Origin: Octopus vulgaris
Lineage: Eukaryota
DNA: 64,000 bases
NCBI GenBank assembly: GCA_951406725.2
Contig: OX597821.1
Span: 14,508,001-14,572,000, forward strand
Direction of reading: 5' to 3'
Below the pieces are notes generated by a model, which was given only the letters and a program-made list of their open reading frames with translations, made no database searches and was not told where the DNA came from. Of this stretch, positions 12,188-26,276 are shown piece by piece (position 1 is the stretch's first letter; every line of letters begins with the position of its first letter). Position numbers and translations under genes: made by a program.

Positions 12188-12705
12188 CTAACTTAGAAGT
12201 CTTACCAAGATGAAAGCCTGGCCAGGTGATTGCAAAGTAATATTGAACCATCAAAATATGAAACAATGGCTCTATCAAGGAAATGAATCTTATCAAGTAT
12301 TGTGTTTCACTTTCACTTTCACACACACACATTTATATATTGTATGAAAGAAGTTCATCACGTGAGTATATGCGTGCATGTGTGTATTGGTATATGTGTA
12401 TGCAACAATGTGTGTCTGTTTGCAAAACTATGCTCGGCTGATGTAATCATTTGTTGCTCAGCTACAAATGCTGATGTTGTTGTTTGTGGTTGGGCTGCAA
12501 CTGATGAATTTAGTTAATATTTCTAGTAAAAAAAATAGTGCACTAGCTTTGTGCAAGTAATTCCTCTATTCCTCTGGGCTAAAAGTCCTTGATGTAAAAA
12601 ACAAGTAAGGATTGGTAACAAAAAGTGAATATTTCTGTAAAAATCCTTTCTCAAATTTACTTCCAACTCAGCCATTTGTACATGGCACAATTTTGCACAA
12701 TTTTA

Positions 12706-13386
12706 CTGTGTGTCTTTTACTATAGCCTCAGGCTGACCAAAGCCTTGTGAGTGGATTTGGTAGACAGAAACTGAAAGAAGCCTGTCATATATATATTTCT
12801 TTACTACCCACAAGGGGCTAAACACAGAGAGGACAAACAAGGACAGACAAACGGATTAAGTCGATAACATCGACCCCAGTGCGCAACTGGTACTTAATTT
12901 ATCGACCCCGAAAGTATGAAAGGCAAAGTCGACCTCGGCGGAATTTGAACTCAGAACGTAACGGCAGACGAAATACGGCCACGCATTTCGCCCGGCGTGC
13001 TAACGTTTCTGCCAGCTCGCCGCCTTATATATATGTATTTCAAAGGGCCAGCCTTGTCACACTCTGTGTCATGCTGAATATCCCCGAGAACTACGTTAAG
13101 GGTACACGTGTCTGTGGAGTGCTCGCCGCCTGTCATATATATGTATATAGATACATGTATGTGTGTGTATAAGTTTGTGTGTCTGTGTTTGTCCCCAGAA
13201 CATCGCTTGACAACCGATGCTAGTGTGTTTACATCCCCGTAACTTAGCGGTTCAGCAAAAGAGACCGATAGAATAAGTACTAGGCTTACAAAGAATAAGT
13301 CCTGGGGTTGAGTTGCTCAACTAAAGGCAGTGCTCCAGCATGACCACAGTCAAATGACTGAAACAAGTAAAAGAGTAAAAAGAGTA
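12706..13386 (+). mobile_element. 5'-truncated SINE A carrying nested SINE B (12795-13026, minus) and a SINE C fragment (13035-13124)
   Basis: Recognisable A, B and C segments; direct repeat gcctgtcatatatat flanks the insert. Confidence 0.85.
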
Positions 13387-13415
13387 ATTAAGTCATAATT
13401 ATCTTTTTATCTTTT

Positions 13416-13831
13416 ATCTTTTACTTGTTTCAGTCATTTTGACTGCGGCCATGCTGGAGCACCGCCTTTAATCGAGCAACTCAACCCCGGGGACTTATTC
13501 TTTTGTAAGCCCAGTACTTATTTTATCGGTCTCTTTTGCCGAACCGCTAAGCAACGGGGACATAAATACACCAGCATCGGTTGTCAAGCAATGCTAGGGG
13601 ACAAATACAGACACACAAACACACACAAACACACACACGCATATATATATATATATATACATATATACGACGGGCTTCTTTCAGTTTCCGTCTACCAAAT
13701 CCACTCACAAGGCTTTGGTCGGCCCGAGGCTATAGTAGAAGACAGTTACCCAAGGTGCCACGCAGTGGGACTGAACACGGAACCATGTGGTTGGTAGACA
13801 AGCTACCTACCACACAGCCACCCCTGCGCCT
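13416..13831 (-). mobile_element. SINE family A
   Basis: Full-length copy, tail-to-tail with the previous one. Confidence 0.92.
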
Positions 13832-14506
13832 ATATGCAATTTACTTATCAGGTGTACAATCCACTTGTTTATATTGTACTATATATTCTATTATATTATA
13901 CCAAACTCTACCATCTGGCTCTGAATGTGTCCATCTCTTGTATATGGTCATCATACATATGTTATGCACATACATTCATCTTTCTGTCTACCTAATTCCA
14001 CTGAGAAAGAATTGGTGAATTCGAGGCTATTGTCGTCAAGATTTGATGCATAATGGGATCTTCACATGGTTGTGAAGCAGATTTTGTTGTGTTGTGAACA
14101 TTTTTCCTAAAGAATAGAAGCATGGGGTCTGTGAAGTTAGAGATTTGAATTATTGAATATAAGATAATAGTTATTATATTGTGCTCTTTAACAAAGTATT
14201 TTATTCTCTCTTGGGTAGCAACTTAATCAATTGTCTGGTTTCTAGTTTCTTTGGTGCCTTTGGCTAACTTCACTTTGTAAGAACTTTCAACTTGGCACCT
14301 TCTTCCCTCCAGCCCACCAGTCTCAGAGGACTGTAAAAGGTTATGAGTCATTTCTTTCTTCCTGACTTTAAAAATAATTCCCCTTATTGAAAATAGGAAT
14401 AATTTCCAATGTACAGGTAATGGTGTGCTACTAATACGTTACTATATAAATCCTAGCTACTTCACATTTTTCCAACATACATCTTGTTTCTGTACCCAAG
14501 CTATAT

Positions 14507-14918
14507 ACTCTTTACTCTTTTACTTGTTTCAGTCATTTGACTGCAGCCATGCTGGAGCACCGCCTTTAGTCGAGCAAATCGACCTCGGGACTTATTCTTT
14601 GTAAGCCCAGTACTTATTATATTGGTCTCTTTTGCCGAACCGCTAGATGAGGGTGATGTAAACACACCAGCATCGCTTGTCAAGCAATGCTATGGGGACA
14701 AACACAGACACACAAACACACACATACACATATATATATATATATACATATATACGACAAGCTTCTTTCAGTTTCCGTCTACCAAATCCACTCACAAGGC
14801 ATTGGTCGGCCTGGGGCTATAGCAGAAGACACTTGCCCAAGATGCCATGCAGTGGGACTGAACCCGGAACCATGTGGTTGGTAAGCAAGCTACTTACCAC
14901 ACAGCCACTCCTGCACCT
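14507..14918 (-). mobile_element. SINE family A
   Basis: Full-length copy. Confidence 0.92.
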
Positions 14919-15159
14919 ATATGAATGTATATAGATATAGATATGCACACATACATACACATATAGGTCGCAGTCAGAGCTAACTGAGAAGTACTCAACA
15001 ACAACCAAAATATAATTGTTTCTAATTTAAGCTTAAAGACAGTAGTTTCGAACAGAAGGGATTAGTTGGTTGCTACGACCTCAGTCATTCGCAGGTCGTT
15101 TATTTTATCAACACTGGATGGAAGATAAGTAGACATGACTTGATAGGTTTTGAACTTAA

Positions 15160-15434
15160 CCCTTTAGTGTTCATATTATTCGGCCAAAACTAATGCTTTT
15201 TTATCCACATTGTTTTGAACTAATCACGCATTATCTTGTAGCTATGAGATTTTGATGAGGTAACTGTTAATGTTTAAAATGATATTGTAGGGTTGGTGTG
15301 AGAGACCAGATCTGGCCAGTTTGAACGTAAAACAGGCAGAATACTTTTGGCTGGATATGATTGATTGATTGATTCTAGTTTCAGCTCACGAGCTGTGGCC
15401 ATGCTGGGGCACCGCCGGTTTAAATGCTAAAGGG
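15160..15434. mobile_element. piggyBac-type MITE
   Basis: TTAA|CCCTTTAG...CTAAAGGG|TTAA; carries a small SINE-tail insert at about 15359-15416. Confidence 0.8.
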
Positions 15435-16308
15435 TTAAAGAGTGAAAGAAAAACTGCAAAGCATTGCTTCCAAGCTCTAGTGATTCTGCCAACTTGTCTA
15501 AGAGCAACTGATACCTAACATTAAAAACCATTTTCTTCAGTACATCTAAATATCAAAATTTAAAAATAGATAAATAAATAGATAAATTTATTGGAGAAAA
15601 AAAAAATTCATTTTAAAATAGCGTTAAAAATATTAAAAGCAAATTAAAAAAAACAAAAACAAATAGTGGAATTAATTGATTTATAAGTGTACTTTATCTA
15701 ATGTGATTTCACAAATTAACAAAAGCAACAAGAATAATAAAAAAACAATACTTTTTTTTTTGTTGTTACTCTACTTTTAAGCAATGAAGTGAAAAGTTGT
15801 AATTAATTATGTTTATGATTGAAATCTCCTTTGTAGCTTCTCTTAGGTTCAGCAGCAACTGTAACAGTTAAACTATAACAACAGTAAGGCAAGTGGAACA
15901 TTGAAATATGTAGATGGATGTAAGGGTGTATGGGAAGTGTGAGTAGGTGCAATGATGATGCAGAACGGTGTGCATTAGCCTATATAAAATATTAAAGTGC
16001 ATATTCGTAATAATTTGGTAGAAATAAAAGTATCGGAATGGAATAATTGATAACAGTCGGCTACATGTTCACAGTAAAAGCTTATTTAATTTGAATGTCT
16101 GATAACTGATAAAGGCAATTTATTTTTGTTGGTTTTGATAGTCTTAATGTTATCATTATTATTATCAGCATGATATTTTGACTTTAAACTGTTAATTAGT
16201 TACTAAGTATCTTAATATTTAAGAATATATTAAAACAGCATTAGGGTAAAAAGGGCAGGAGATTGATTTTAAATGTAAATATTCACTGATTAATTATCAT
16301 TATTATAT

Positions 16309-16699
16309 GGATGATGGAAGCACTCCGTCGGTTACGACGACGAGGGTTCTGGTTGATCCGAATCAACGGAACAGCCTGCTCGTGAAATTAACGTGTAAGT
16401 GGCTGAGCACTCCACAGACATGTGTACCCTTAACGTAGTTCTCGGGGATATTCAGCGTGACACAGAGAGTCACAAGGCCGGCCCCTTGAAATACAGGTAC
16501 AACAGAAACAGGAAGTAAGAGCGAGAGAAAGTTGTGGTGAAAGAGTACAGCAGGGATCACCACCATCCCCTGCCGGAGCCTCGTGGAGCTTTAGGTGTTT
16601 TCGCTCAATAAACACTCACAACGCCTGTTCTGAGAATCGAAACCGCGATCCTATGACTGCGAGTCCACTGCCCTAACCACTGGGCCACTGCGCCTCCAC
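16309..16699 (-). mobile_element. SINE family C
   Basis: Full-length; 12-bp TSD tcattattatat (16297-16308, 16700-16711). Confidence 0.9.
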
Positions 16700-18204
16700 T
16701 CATTATTATATATCTGCAAGGCAGCAAGATGGCAGAGTCATTAGAATACTGGACATGCTTAGTGGCATTTTGTCTTTTTACATTCTGAGTTCAAATTCAG
16801 CAGAACACAAATTTGCCTTTCATCCTTTTGGGGATTGACAATTTTAAGAGGTTAAATCTCACAGAGACCAAAGCAAGTAGAAAATGCACAGTAGGATTGA
16901 ACCCAAGCCCATATGATTGTGAAGCATAATTCTTAACCATAGAGCCAATATATAGGATACACACTGATGGAATTTATCAATGTCTGAATGTAAGTATGTG
17001 TCTGAGAGTGTGCATGAACACAATTTATTTCAGATTCTAAGCATACAGCTAGCCATTTTAACAAGTTTATAGTCATCATATAAATATATGTGTATTCTTA
17101 CATACATCTCTGGATAGATGATATGTTTATTTATCACTGCTTATAAAATTTTTGGATCATATAAGAAATGAACCTGAGATCTAAGAGGAGAACATTTCAC
17201 TCTTATTACTCTTTCTTTTAAAAATAGTTTGGACTGTTGCATATATGAGTGTGAGTATGCACACATTATCTTAAAAGGATCAGTAGAAGAATTACAAACA
17301 CCTACTTAATTTAGAGAAGGTTGTTTAGAGACCTCATTGGTTTGATGTACAAGCATTATGTATGTCAGAAGATCTTGGAATAACTTCCCTTTCAAGCAGA
17401 TAATGGCAATTGTATTCTTTATTTTGAATGTATAAATTGTGATGCAGAGGTAAATCTATTTATTGTCATTATAACATGCCCAAACTTGCAACATGGAATA
17501 GAATTGTGCTTATGAAGAAAGATGCAGTCTGATACACTTTGCCTATGCATGTAGGTATAGTTGTGTAGAATCTCTTTGTTTGAATGTGGAGGCTTTTGAA
17601 AAGATATACTGATAAGCTGCACATCAGTAGCTGCTCATGTATACACTCACACACACACGTACACACACATGCACACATATATCTGATTATACATTTATGA
17701 CAGCATATAGTCACAAACATATGCTTACAAAGCTTTCAGACAAAAAAAAAAAGAAAATCTTATCCAGAGCACTTCCAATTCATGACTCTATTCAATAGTG
17801 TATGGGTGCATACATATGTGCATTTGTGTTGGCTTATTATGTGTGTATACACACACACACACACATATATATATATACATACATACATACATATACACAC
17901 ATACATATATATATAAACGTAATAAAAAATTTCCATAGAAGTAATTTTATAATAGCAGTCTAAAGAGAGAGGAAAAAAAAGTGAAAACATTCTTTAAACT
18001 GTTCAGTAGCCATTTACTGGCTCACTTTTATTTTTCAATTTTTTTTTTTATGATTACAAAAAAATGTCTGTCTTGTGAGTAAATCTTGTTTCAGATTATA
18101 TACAAATGAACACAGTGGAAAGTGATTCACTTTTTTTGTTCTTTTTTTTTTTGTTGCTACAAATATCTAAGAATATCGGGCATGATCGAAGATGAACAAT
18201 AACA

Positions 18205-18287
18205 CTGTATATGTGTGTACTTGAGTATATATAACATATATATATACATATATACATTATACATACATACATATATATACATTATAC

Positions 18288-18336
<49 letters not shown>

Positions 18337-18412
18337 CATATATGTGTGTGTGTGTAATATATATATACACGTATGTATATATATATATATATATAAATAT
18401 ATACATGTATGT

Positions 18413-18446
<34 letters not shown>

Positions 18447-18500
18447 CGTATATATATATATATATATATATATACAGATGTATGTATATATATATACAAG

Positions 18501-18544
<44 letters not shown>

Positions 18545-18715
18545 TAAATATATACATGTATATATATATATATATATACATGTATATATATATATATATA
18601 TACAGATGTATGTATATATATATATAAATGTATGTATATATACATATATATATGTATATTTATAGATATGTATCTACAAGAATATATAATATATATATGT
18701 ATGAATGTCTATATA

Positions 18716-18755
<40 letters not shown>

Positions 18756-19048
18756 ATGTATATATACATATATATATGTATATTTGTAGATATGTATCTA
18801 CAAGAATATATAATATATATATATATAAAAATGTATGTATATATACATATATATATGTATATTTGTAGATATGTATCTACAAGAATATATAATATATATA
18901 TATATAAAAATGTATGTATATATACATATATATATGTATATTTGTAGATATGTATCTACAAGAATATATAATATATATATATATGTATGAATGTCTATAT
19001 ATATATGTATAAATGTCTATATATGTATGTATGTATATATATAATATA

Positions 19049-19120
<72 letters not shown>

Positions 19121-19362
19121 AGTATCTCTATGTATATAGATATGTATATGGAGATATATGCATGTATATATATATATATATGCATATATATGTATATATG
19201 CATTTATGTATATATATATATATATATAAATATTCATATGTAGGTATATATATGCATATATGTATATGTGTATATATATATATACATATGTATGTGTATA
19301 TATATGCATATGTATATATGATTGTATATATATGTGTTTGTGTGTGTGTATATATATATATT
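18205..19362. repeat. ~1.15-kb interrupted (TA)n satellite with a 79-bp higher-order repeat
   Basis: TA-dominated tract; motif gtagatatgtatctacaagaat recurs at about 18671, 18795, 18874 and 18953. Confidence 0.95.
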
Positions 19363-19556
19363 AATGAATAAAAGAAAATAATGAAATATATTTACTAAAA
19401 CATAGTTGTAAAAGAATTTTGAACATTATGATATTAAAAGGTTGAGCTGGCAGTTTATCAAAGGATGTTTTTTTGCAAGCTAATATCTACTTCCATCGTT
19501 GAGTCAAGTGATTCTTCCAGAATACAATGTCTCAGATATGAATGAATAAGCATTGA

Positions 19557-19584
19557 AATAATAATAATAATAATAATAATAATG

Positions 19585-19614
<30 letters not shown>
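19557..19614. repeat. (AAT)n microsatellite
   Basis: Direct read. Confidence 0.95.
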
Positions 19615-19619
<5 letters not shown>

Positions 19620-20421
19620 GACCCAAGAAGAATAAATATTTGAACATGGATCAAAAGAGAAATAATATCTAATTCCAGGCTATGAAATTATTGCTTATTG
19701 AACCATGTTTACCTGGTCAACAGAAGATGCATGATACAATTCACTTTGAAAGTTATTGCATTGATCACTAAACAGAAGTATATATATATATATATATATA
19801 TATTTTTTTATGTAAGTTCAAACTCAGAAAGGACACAGTAAGAAAGAATAAAATGGAATAATTTGCACACTTATTTTATATTCTTTTTCATTGTGTCTAA
19901 ATTTAACTCATATAAATGTATACATGCACATACGTACAACTATATACATACACATTACATGCTCATTATATACATATACATATATATATAAGTGCAATGC
20001 ATATGTGTGTTCATCAGGATGTTCCAATGAAAAGCTTGTATTGATTTGTCAGGTCTTGAATCGTTTTGATACGGGATGTAAATAGTTATCAGTTTGCATG
20101 GGGTAACCACTTTATATAAGTGTGTTTGCTATAGTCAAAGGTATGTTACATTTAAGGAAAACAGCAGCCAATCTAGCTACTACAAAGGGCAGCTTTAACC
20201 CACACTATACCTTTCACCTAATCACCAATATGTGCATCATTATTATCATTAATATTGTTAATCTCACTCTTTTCAATAATAACTGACATCAGAGTGTGTT
20301 CAACGAATAACAATTTTTCAAAGTTTCTGCATATATACTTTGAAAAGTATTGAAGACTAAAATGATTTTTATTTTAAAATCATCATTAGCAATGTTTAGA
20401 CAGTTTTTTTCTTTTATATAT

Positions 20422-20765
20422 ATCATCATCATCATGCTAGCATAGGTTGGGCGGTTCAACTGGGGTCTGTGAAGCCAGAAGGCTGCATCAGGCCCAGTCT
20501 GATCTGGCAGTGTTTCTACGGCTGGATGCCCTTCCTAACGCCAACCACTCCATGAGTGTAGTGGGTGCTTTTTACGTGCCACCCACACAGGTGCCAGACG
20601 GAGCTGGAAAACGGCCACAAACAGATGGTGCTTTTATGTGCCACTGGCACGGGAGCGAGGCGAGGCTGGCAACAGCCACGAACGGATGGTGCTACATGCC
20701 CCCGGCACTGAGGCCAGGCGAGGCTGGCAACGGACATGAACAGATGGTGCTTTTACGTGCCACCG
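20422..20765 (-). mobile_element. Retroposon family D 3' part ((GAT)n tail, ggaagggcatccagc motif, internal ~60-bp tandem units)
   Basis: Homologous to 59792-60172, 22723-22905, 31155-31385 and 42540-42727. Confidence 0.75.
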
Positions 20766-22722
20766 TATATATATATATATATATATATACGGATCAAAAA
20801 AGAAATATATATATATACTTATATATATTCTCTTTTAACTAGTTAACTATTCTTGTTAGCCCATCTCTTAATTTCTCAAGTTATAACATGCCCTTGGTTG
20901 ATATTTATATAAATGTAGTAAGTTGTTTTAGCAATTACAAAATAACTGGAACCTTGTTTATGATATGATTTTTAGTAGTAAATTTACTAAATTAACCGAA
21001 CTGCATTCCCTAATTAGTAATCACTAATTGCATCCTTAACGGAACCAAAGTAAAAAGAAAATGAAAAACTACAAGCTAATGAATCTGTCATATTAGCTCT
21101 CTATTTCAGCATGTCCTCCAGTTGGCATCCAATTCCCAGTTAGGGTAAACTGAAATAGAACTAAGTACTAAGCATAAGTCTGCAGATATTGATCTGCACT
21201 GATACTTTATTTAAAAAGAAACAATTTACAATTCAGAAACAAGCTTTTTTTGTTTTGTTAATGAATTGATTACATACTTATTTTCTCTACTTATTTGTAT
21301 CCCAATTGGTGAACAGTATTATCACTGGTTACAAGTATCAAATGACCAATTATTAGTTCACAGTATTTCTAGCAGTGAAATTAAGGGAAAAGTGTCTCTA
21401 ATATGATGCAGAGCATATATTACAAGGTACTTTATTTGAAAAATACCAGTTTTTCAATATTCCTTGGCAATGTTAACACACACACGAACATACCTATATT
21501 GAAGAATATCTGTAACGTTGAATGACAAGAGTTCACTTCAATCAACTGAACCGTTTGCTCATTGAATTAGCATGTAAATGGCTGAGATTCTACAAACACA
21601 CATACCTTCTAGGTAATTCGCAAGTAAAATCATCACCGTGACACTGTATGTGTAAAGCTGTACCTTCAAACTACAATTACAGTTCATATGACAGACTTCT
21701 TAAGTTTCCACCAACCCAGATTCACACACAAAGTATGACTTGGGCATCCACACAGTTTTTGTCTATCAAATTCAGCTCGTATGTTACTGGTCAACCCAAG
21801 AATATAGTAGAAGACATTTGGGCAAGGTACCATAGAGCAAATTGATTTTGGAGCCATATGGTTGTGAAGCCAAACTGCTTAAGCACATAACCATATCTGA
21901 GCCAAACTTTTTTACCACACAAATTAGCCTGCTCTCAATTCAGACATAAAAGTTTCTGCTATCAAAACCTGTATTTTTTTCTGAAATTAGTTTTTAGTTC
22001 TCTCAGTTTTTAAGCCTAAATATAAATTGCAACATCTAATTTTAATTGGAATATGGAACATACATCAAGGTAGATGTAGAAGTTTCCCAATTATTTTTGG
22101 ACTCGTATTTAGATTTTATTGTAGTGAAAGCAATAAAATTTGTGATACTAAGCTAAAATGTATGGCAATGATTTTCATTGACAGATTGATGTGTGTTCAT
22201 GAATAATATTTTGTTAACTGTTTCATTAATTTAATTACTTTTGCATGAGAAAATATGATTTCTTGCAGAGTGATTTTTTCAGTCATATTCGGTAATGCAA
22301 CTCATAACATGAGTGGCAGGATGCAATGAAATGTCAGCACACTATGTACTCATTTATAACAATTCTCCATTTTTCTGAATTGAATATATATATATAAAAA
22401 ATATTATCTTGTTTTATATTGGCTTATGTTGTTGTAGATTTCACTAGGTAATTGCACTTAATATCTAAGTATTAGCATTCATCCATCCATCTTCATAACC
22501 ATTTCTGCGAGGGTTATTAGTGCAACATTTTCAGAATGCTTTCCAGTGAGTTCCAATATTTCAAAAAAATTTAAGGCAAAAATTAAAACTTTATACAATC
22601 CAAGCATATAAATCAAAGTTAGAAAACTATCTTATCTTGGAGAAGATCAAAGATGAAGCATTAAGAGACTAATGTCAAAATTTCCACAGGAAGTGTTCAC
22701 ATTCTCTTTTCTTTTTAAATTA

Positions 22723-22905
22723 TCATCATCATCATCGTTTAACGTCCGCTTTCCATGCTAGCATGGGTTGGACGATTTTGACTGAAGGCTGGTGAACCAG
22801 ATGGCTGCACCAGGCTCCAATCTTGATTTGGCAGAGTTTCTGCAGCTGGATGCCTTTCCTAATATCAACCACTCCGAGAGTGTAGTGGGTGCTTTTATGT
22901 GCCAC
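22723..22905 (-). mobile_element. Retroposon family D 3' fragment
   Basis: catcatcatcgtttaacgtccgctttccatgctagcatggg... as in other copies. Confidence 0.75.
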
Positions 22906-24616
22906 CTTCTTTAGAAATGGTGAAGTTGATAAAGCTACACATAATAGAATGGAAATATTGGGTTAAAAATTGCTCTGGACAGAAAAAGTCGAAGGTTCCC
23001 AGTGGAACTCGAACTCACACCTCCTGTGAATATAACTGGCATTCTGCCATTGAACTAAAACAATTCTCTGAGTTTCTCAATCTATTTTAGAAACTTCATT
23101 CTTACCAGCAAGAATTGTATGCTGTTGACATCATAAGAATTTATAAACCTTGAGGTAATGTGAAATAATAAATTTCTTTTGGAATGGTGCAGCTCAAAGT
23201 GTTGCTTCATTCTTATGATGTTAACGACAAATGTATGTTTCACTTTTTTCATTTATTATTATTTTAACTTTGTACCATAGAATTTTGATGTTGCTCATCC
23301 CCAAAATAGATATCAACAAGCTTTCATTGGAACATCTGAAAGGAAATGTATATATGTAGGTAGGTTGTATCTACCTACTCTCGTATGCATGTACGTATAA
23401 ATACATGTATATAAATGATATGTAGTTCTGAGTCTTCTAACATAAGAAAAAAATTTGGAGCGGTATTCTTTTTGTTTAAATACAAAAATGAAAAGTGGAA
23501 GAAAGTTAATATATACTGTATAATATTCCTAAATCATTCATATCTGATACAGAAATATACACACAAGGATATAGTACAGAGCCAGCCTTTTACAAAAGAG
23601 AACATATGAAAAGAAAGAAATTAAAAAAAAAAATAAATGAAGAAAAAGGAAATATAGAAATCACAATGTAGCAAATATAAAGGAAATTATGCTAAAGTTA
23701 TATCACAGTTAATTATTTTTAGTATACAACTTTTAATTACATCAAAAGAATTAATTTATTAATATTTATTAATATAAATTTACAAACTTTTCAAGATTAA
23801 TATGCTGGCTCTTTTAAATAATTATTATTACTATAGTTTAGATTTGTTTTTATTAAAGAGTTTTTAGATACAATTTCTTTTTAAAGAAAGATGAAAGAAT
23901 GGAATTATCACAAAATTCAAATTTATAAAAATCTTTTTTTACATTTTTTTTTTTGTTCCTTTCAAAATTATTCAAGATTTGTTGATTTCATTCAATGTGA
24001 TATTCTGAAACTCTGTTCAAATCTAATTGTTGATGTGGTATTATTTCAAAAAATATTATGTAAAATTGACAAGTGAGGTGATAACAACATGATTTTTGTG
24101 TTAAATTAGCATTTGGCAAATATTGCAACTGCTTTTGTTCCATCTCAGTATATCTTTATGTGTGTAATCTAAGAGTTCCCAAGTCCAATTCTATTGCATA
24201 ACATCTTGGACAAATAACCTTTTTTAAAGCTTTTAGGTATGCCAATACCTTCTGAATGGTAGATAGAAATTATGTAGAAGCCCATCAAATGAATTATCTA
24301 TAATTCAAAGGTTACACACTGTATTATACTAAATCTACCTGAGAGTTACATTAAGGGGACATGTGTTTGTGGAGTACTCAGCCATTTATAAGCTAAATCA
24401 AAGAGGAGGTAATTCAGTTAACCTAATTCTCATTCAAGACCTACATCAAACAGAACTGCAATCCCTCTGACCTGCTGAATATGATAAACAATAGAACTGG
24501 CTGGTGACAGAGAGTCACAGGCATCCTTACAAGCAGTGCGACCAAATGATGTTTATCATAATCTTCGTTGTAGAAACCAACAAAGTTCCATCCATATAGA
24601 ATACATTATTGTATTA

Positions 24617-25000
24617 TGGCGCAATGGCCCAGTGGTTAGAGCAGCGGACTCGCGGTCATAGGATCGCGGTTTCGATTCCCAGACCGGGTGTTGTGAGTGT
24701 TTATTGAGCGAAAACACCTAAAAGCTCCACGAGGCTCCGGCAGGGGATGGTGGTGATCCCTGCTGTACTCTTTAACCACAACTTTCTCTCACTCTTACTT
24801 CCTGTTTCTGTTGTACCTGTATTTCAAGGGGCCGGCCTTGTCATTCACCGTGTCACGCTGAATATCCCCAAGAACTACGTTAAGGGTGCACGTTTCTGTG
24901 GAGTGCTCAGCCACTTACACGTTAATTTCACGAGCAGACTGTTCCGTTGATTCGGATCAACTGGAACCCTCGTAGTCGTAACCGACGGAGTGCTTCCATC
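24617..25000 (+). mobile_element. SINE family C
   Basis: tRNA-like head with A box tggcccagtgg, anticodon loop ctcgcgg and B box ggtttcgattccc; TSD cattattgtatt (24604-24615, 25001-25012). Confidence 0.92.
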
Positions 25001-25211
25001 CATTATTGTATTTGCATATTTACATTTGAATTGTTATGCATATGTAGACTGTAATTATGAGTGAATGCTTGCTTCTGGATGATGCAACTGCAAACAGGAA
25101 AGGAACTATGTGTGAGTTTGCAATATCCTGTTCTAATGTCTGTAGCAGGATATTTTTGAATCCTGAGCTATATTTGGAAGACTGAATGTCTCCCTTCAGA
25201 ATTTCTGTAAT

Positions 25212-25656
25212 AGACGCAGGAGTGGCTGTGGGGTAAGTAGCTTGCTAACCAACCACATGGTTCCGGGTTCAGTCCCAATGCGTGGCATCTTGGGCAAGTG
25301 TCTTCTGCTATAGCCCCGGGCCGACCAATGCCTTGTGAGTGGATTTGGTAGACGGAAACTGAAAGAAGCCTGTCGTATGTATGTATATATATATATGTGT
25401 GTGTGTGTGTATGTTTGTGTGTCTGTGTGTGTTTGTGTGTCTAGCATTGCTTGACAACCGATGCTGGTGTGTTTACGTCCCCTCACTTAGCGGTTCGGCA
25501 AAAGAGACCGATAGAATAAGTACTGGGCTTACAGTTCTGCGGTCGATTTGATCGACTAAAGGCGGTGCTCCAGCATGGCCACAGTCAAATGACTGAAACA
25601 AGTAAAAGAGTAAAGAGTAAAAGAGTAAAGAGTAAAAGAGTAAAGAGTAAAAGAGT
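25212..25656 (+). mobile_element. SINE family A with long (AAAGAGT)n tail
   Basis: Full-length copy. Confidence 0.92.
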
Positions 25657-25857
25657 ATAATGTAATGTAGAACACACCTCTCTCACTGCAGATAATATCA
25701 CTCATTCAACAGCGATGGAAGCCTATTTTTGTATCATTCAATTAAATACAAAGATATTTCCATGGTACTAAGTTTTTCAAATGTTGCAGTACAATAAATG
25801 AGTAGGGTTTAGTAGCATGTACTGTGCTTTTCTTGATTGTTTTCGGTACCTATGTAT

Positions 25858-26276
25858 AGGCGTAGGAGTGGCTGTGTGGTAAATAGCTTGCTTACCAACC
25901 ACATGGTACCGGGTTCAGTCCCACTGCGTGGCACCTTGGGCAAGTGTCTTTTGCTATAGCCCCGGGCCGACCAATGCCTTGTGAGTGGATTTGGTAGACG
26001 GAAACTGAAAGAAGCCCGTTGTATATATATATATATATGTATGTGTGTATATATTTGTGTGTCTGCGTTTGTCCTCCCAACATCGCTTGGCAACTGATGC
26101 TGGTGTGCTTACGTCCCTGTAACTTAGCGGTTCGGCAAAAGAGACCGATAGAATAAGTACTAGGCTTCCAAAGAATAAGTCCCCTGGGTCGATTTGCTCG
26201 ACTAAAGGCGGTGCTCCAGCTCATGGCCACAGTCAAATGACTGAAACAAGTAAAAGAGTAAAAGAGAGAGAGAGAG
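25858..26276 (+). mobile_element. SINE family A
   Basis: Full-length copy. Confidence 0.92.

Noticed and set aside
18660-18970. Spaced palindromic repeats superficially like a CRISPR array
   Set aside because: Spacers are near-identical TA sequence, the context is eukaryotic and there are no cas genes.
18157-19371. Many YI/IY-repeat ORFs (also 41998-42461, 42843-43277, 61965-62253)
   Set aside because: Translations of stop-free (TA)n/(CA)n microsatellites.
24617-24690. Genuine tRNA-Arg gene
   Set aside because: It is the head of SINE C, with a fixed downstream body and TSDs; the cloverleaf is imperfect.
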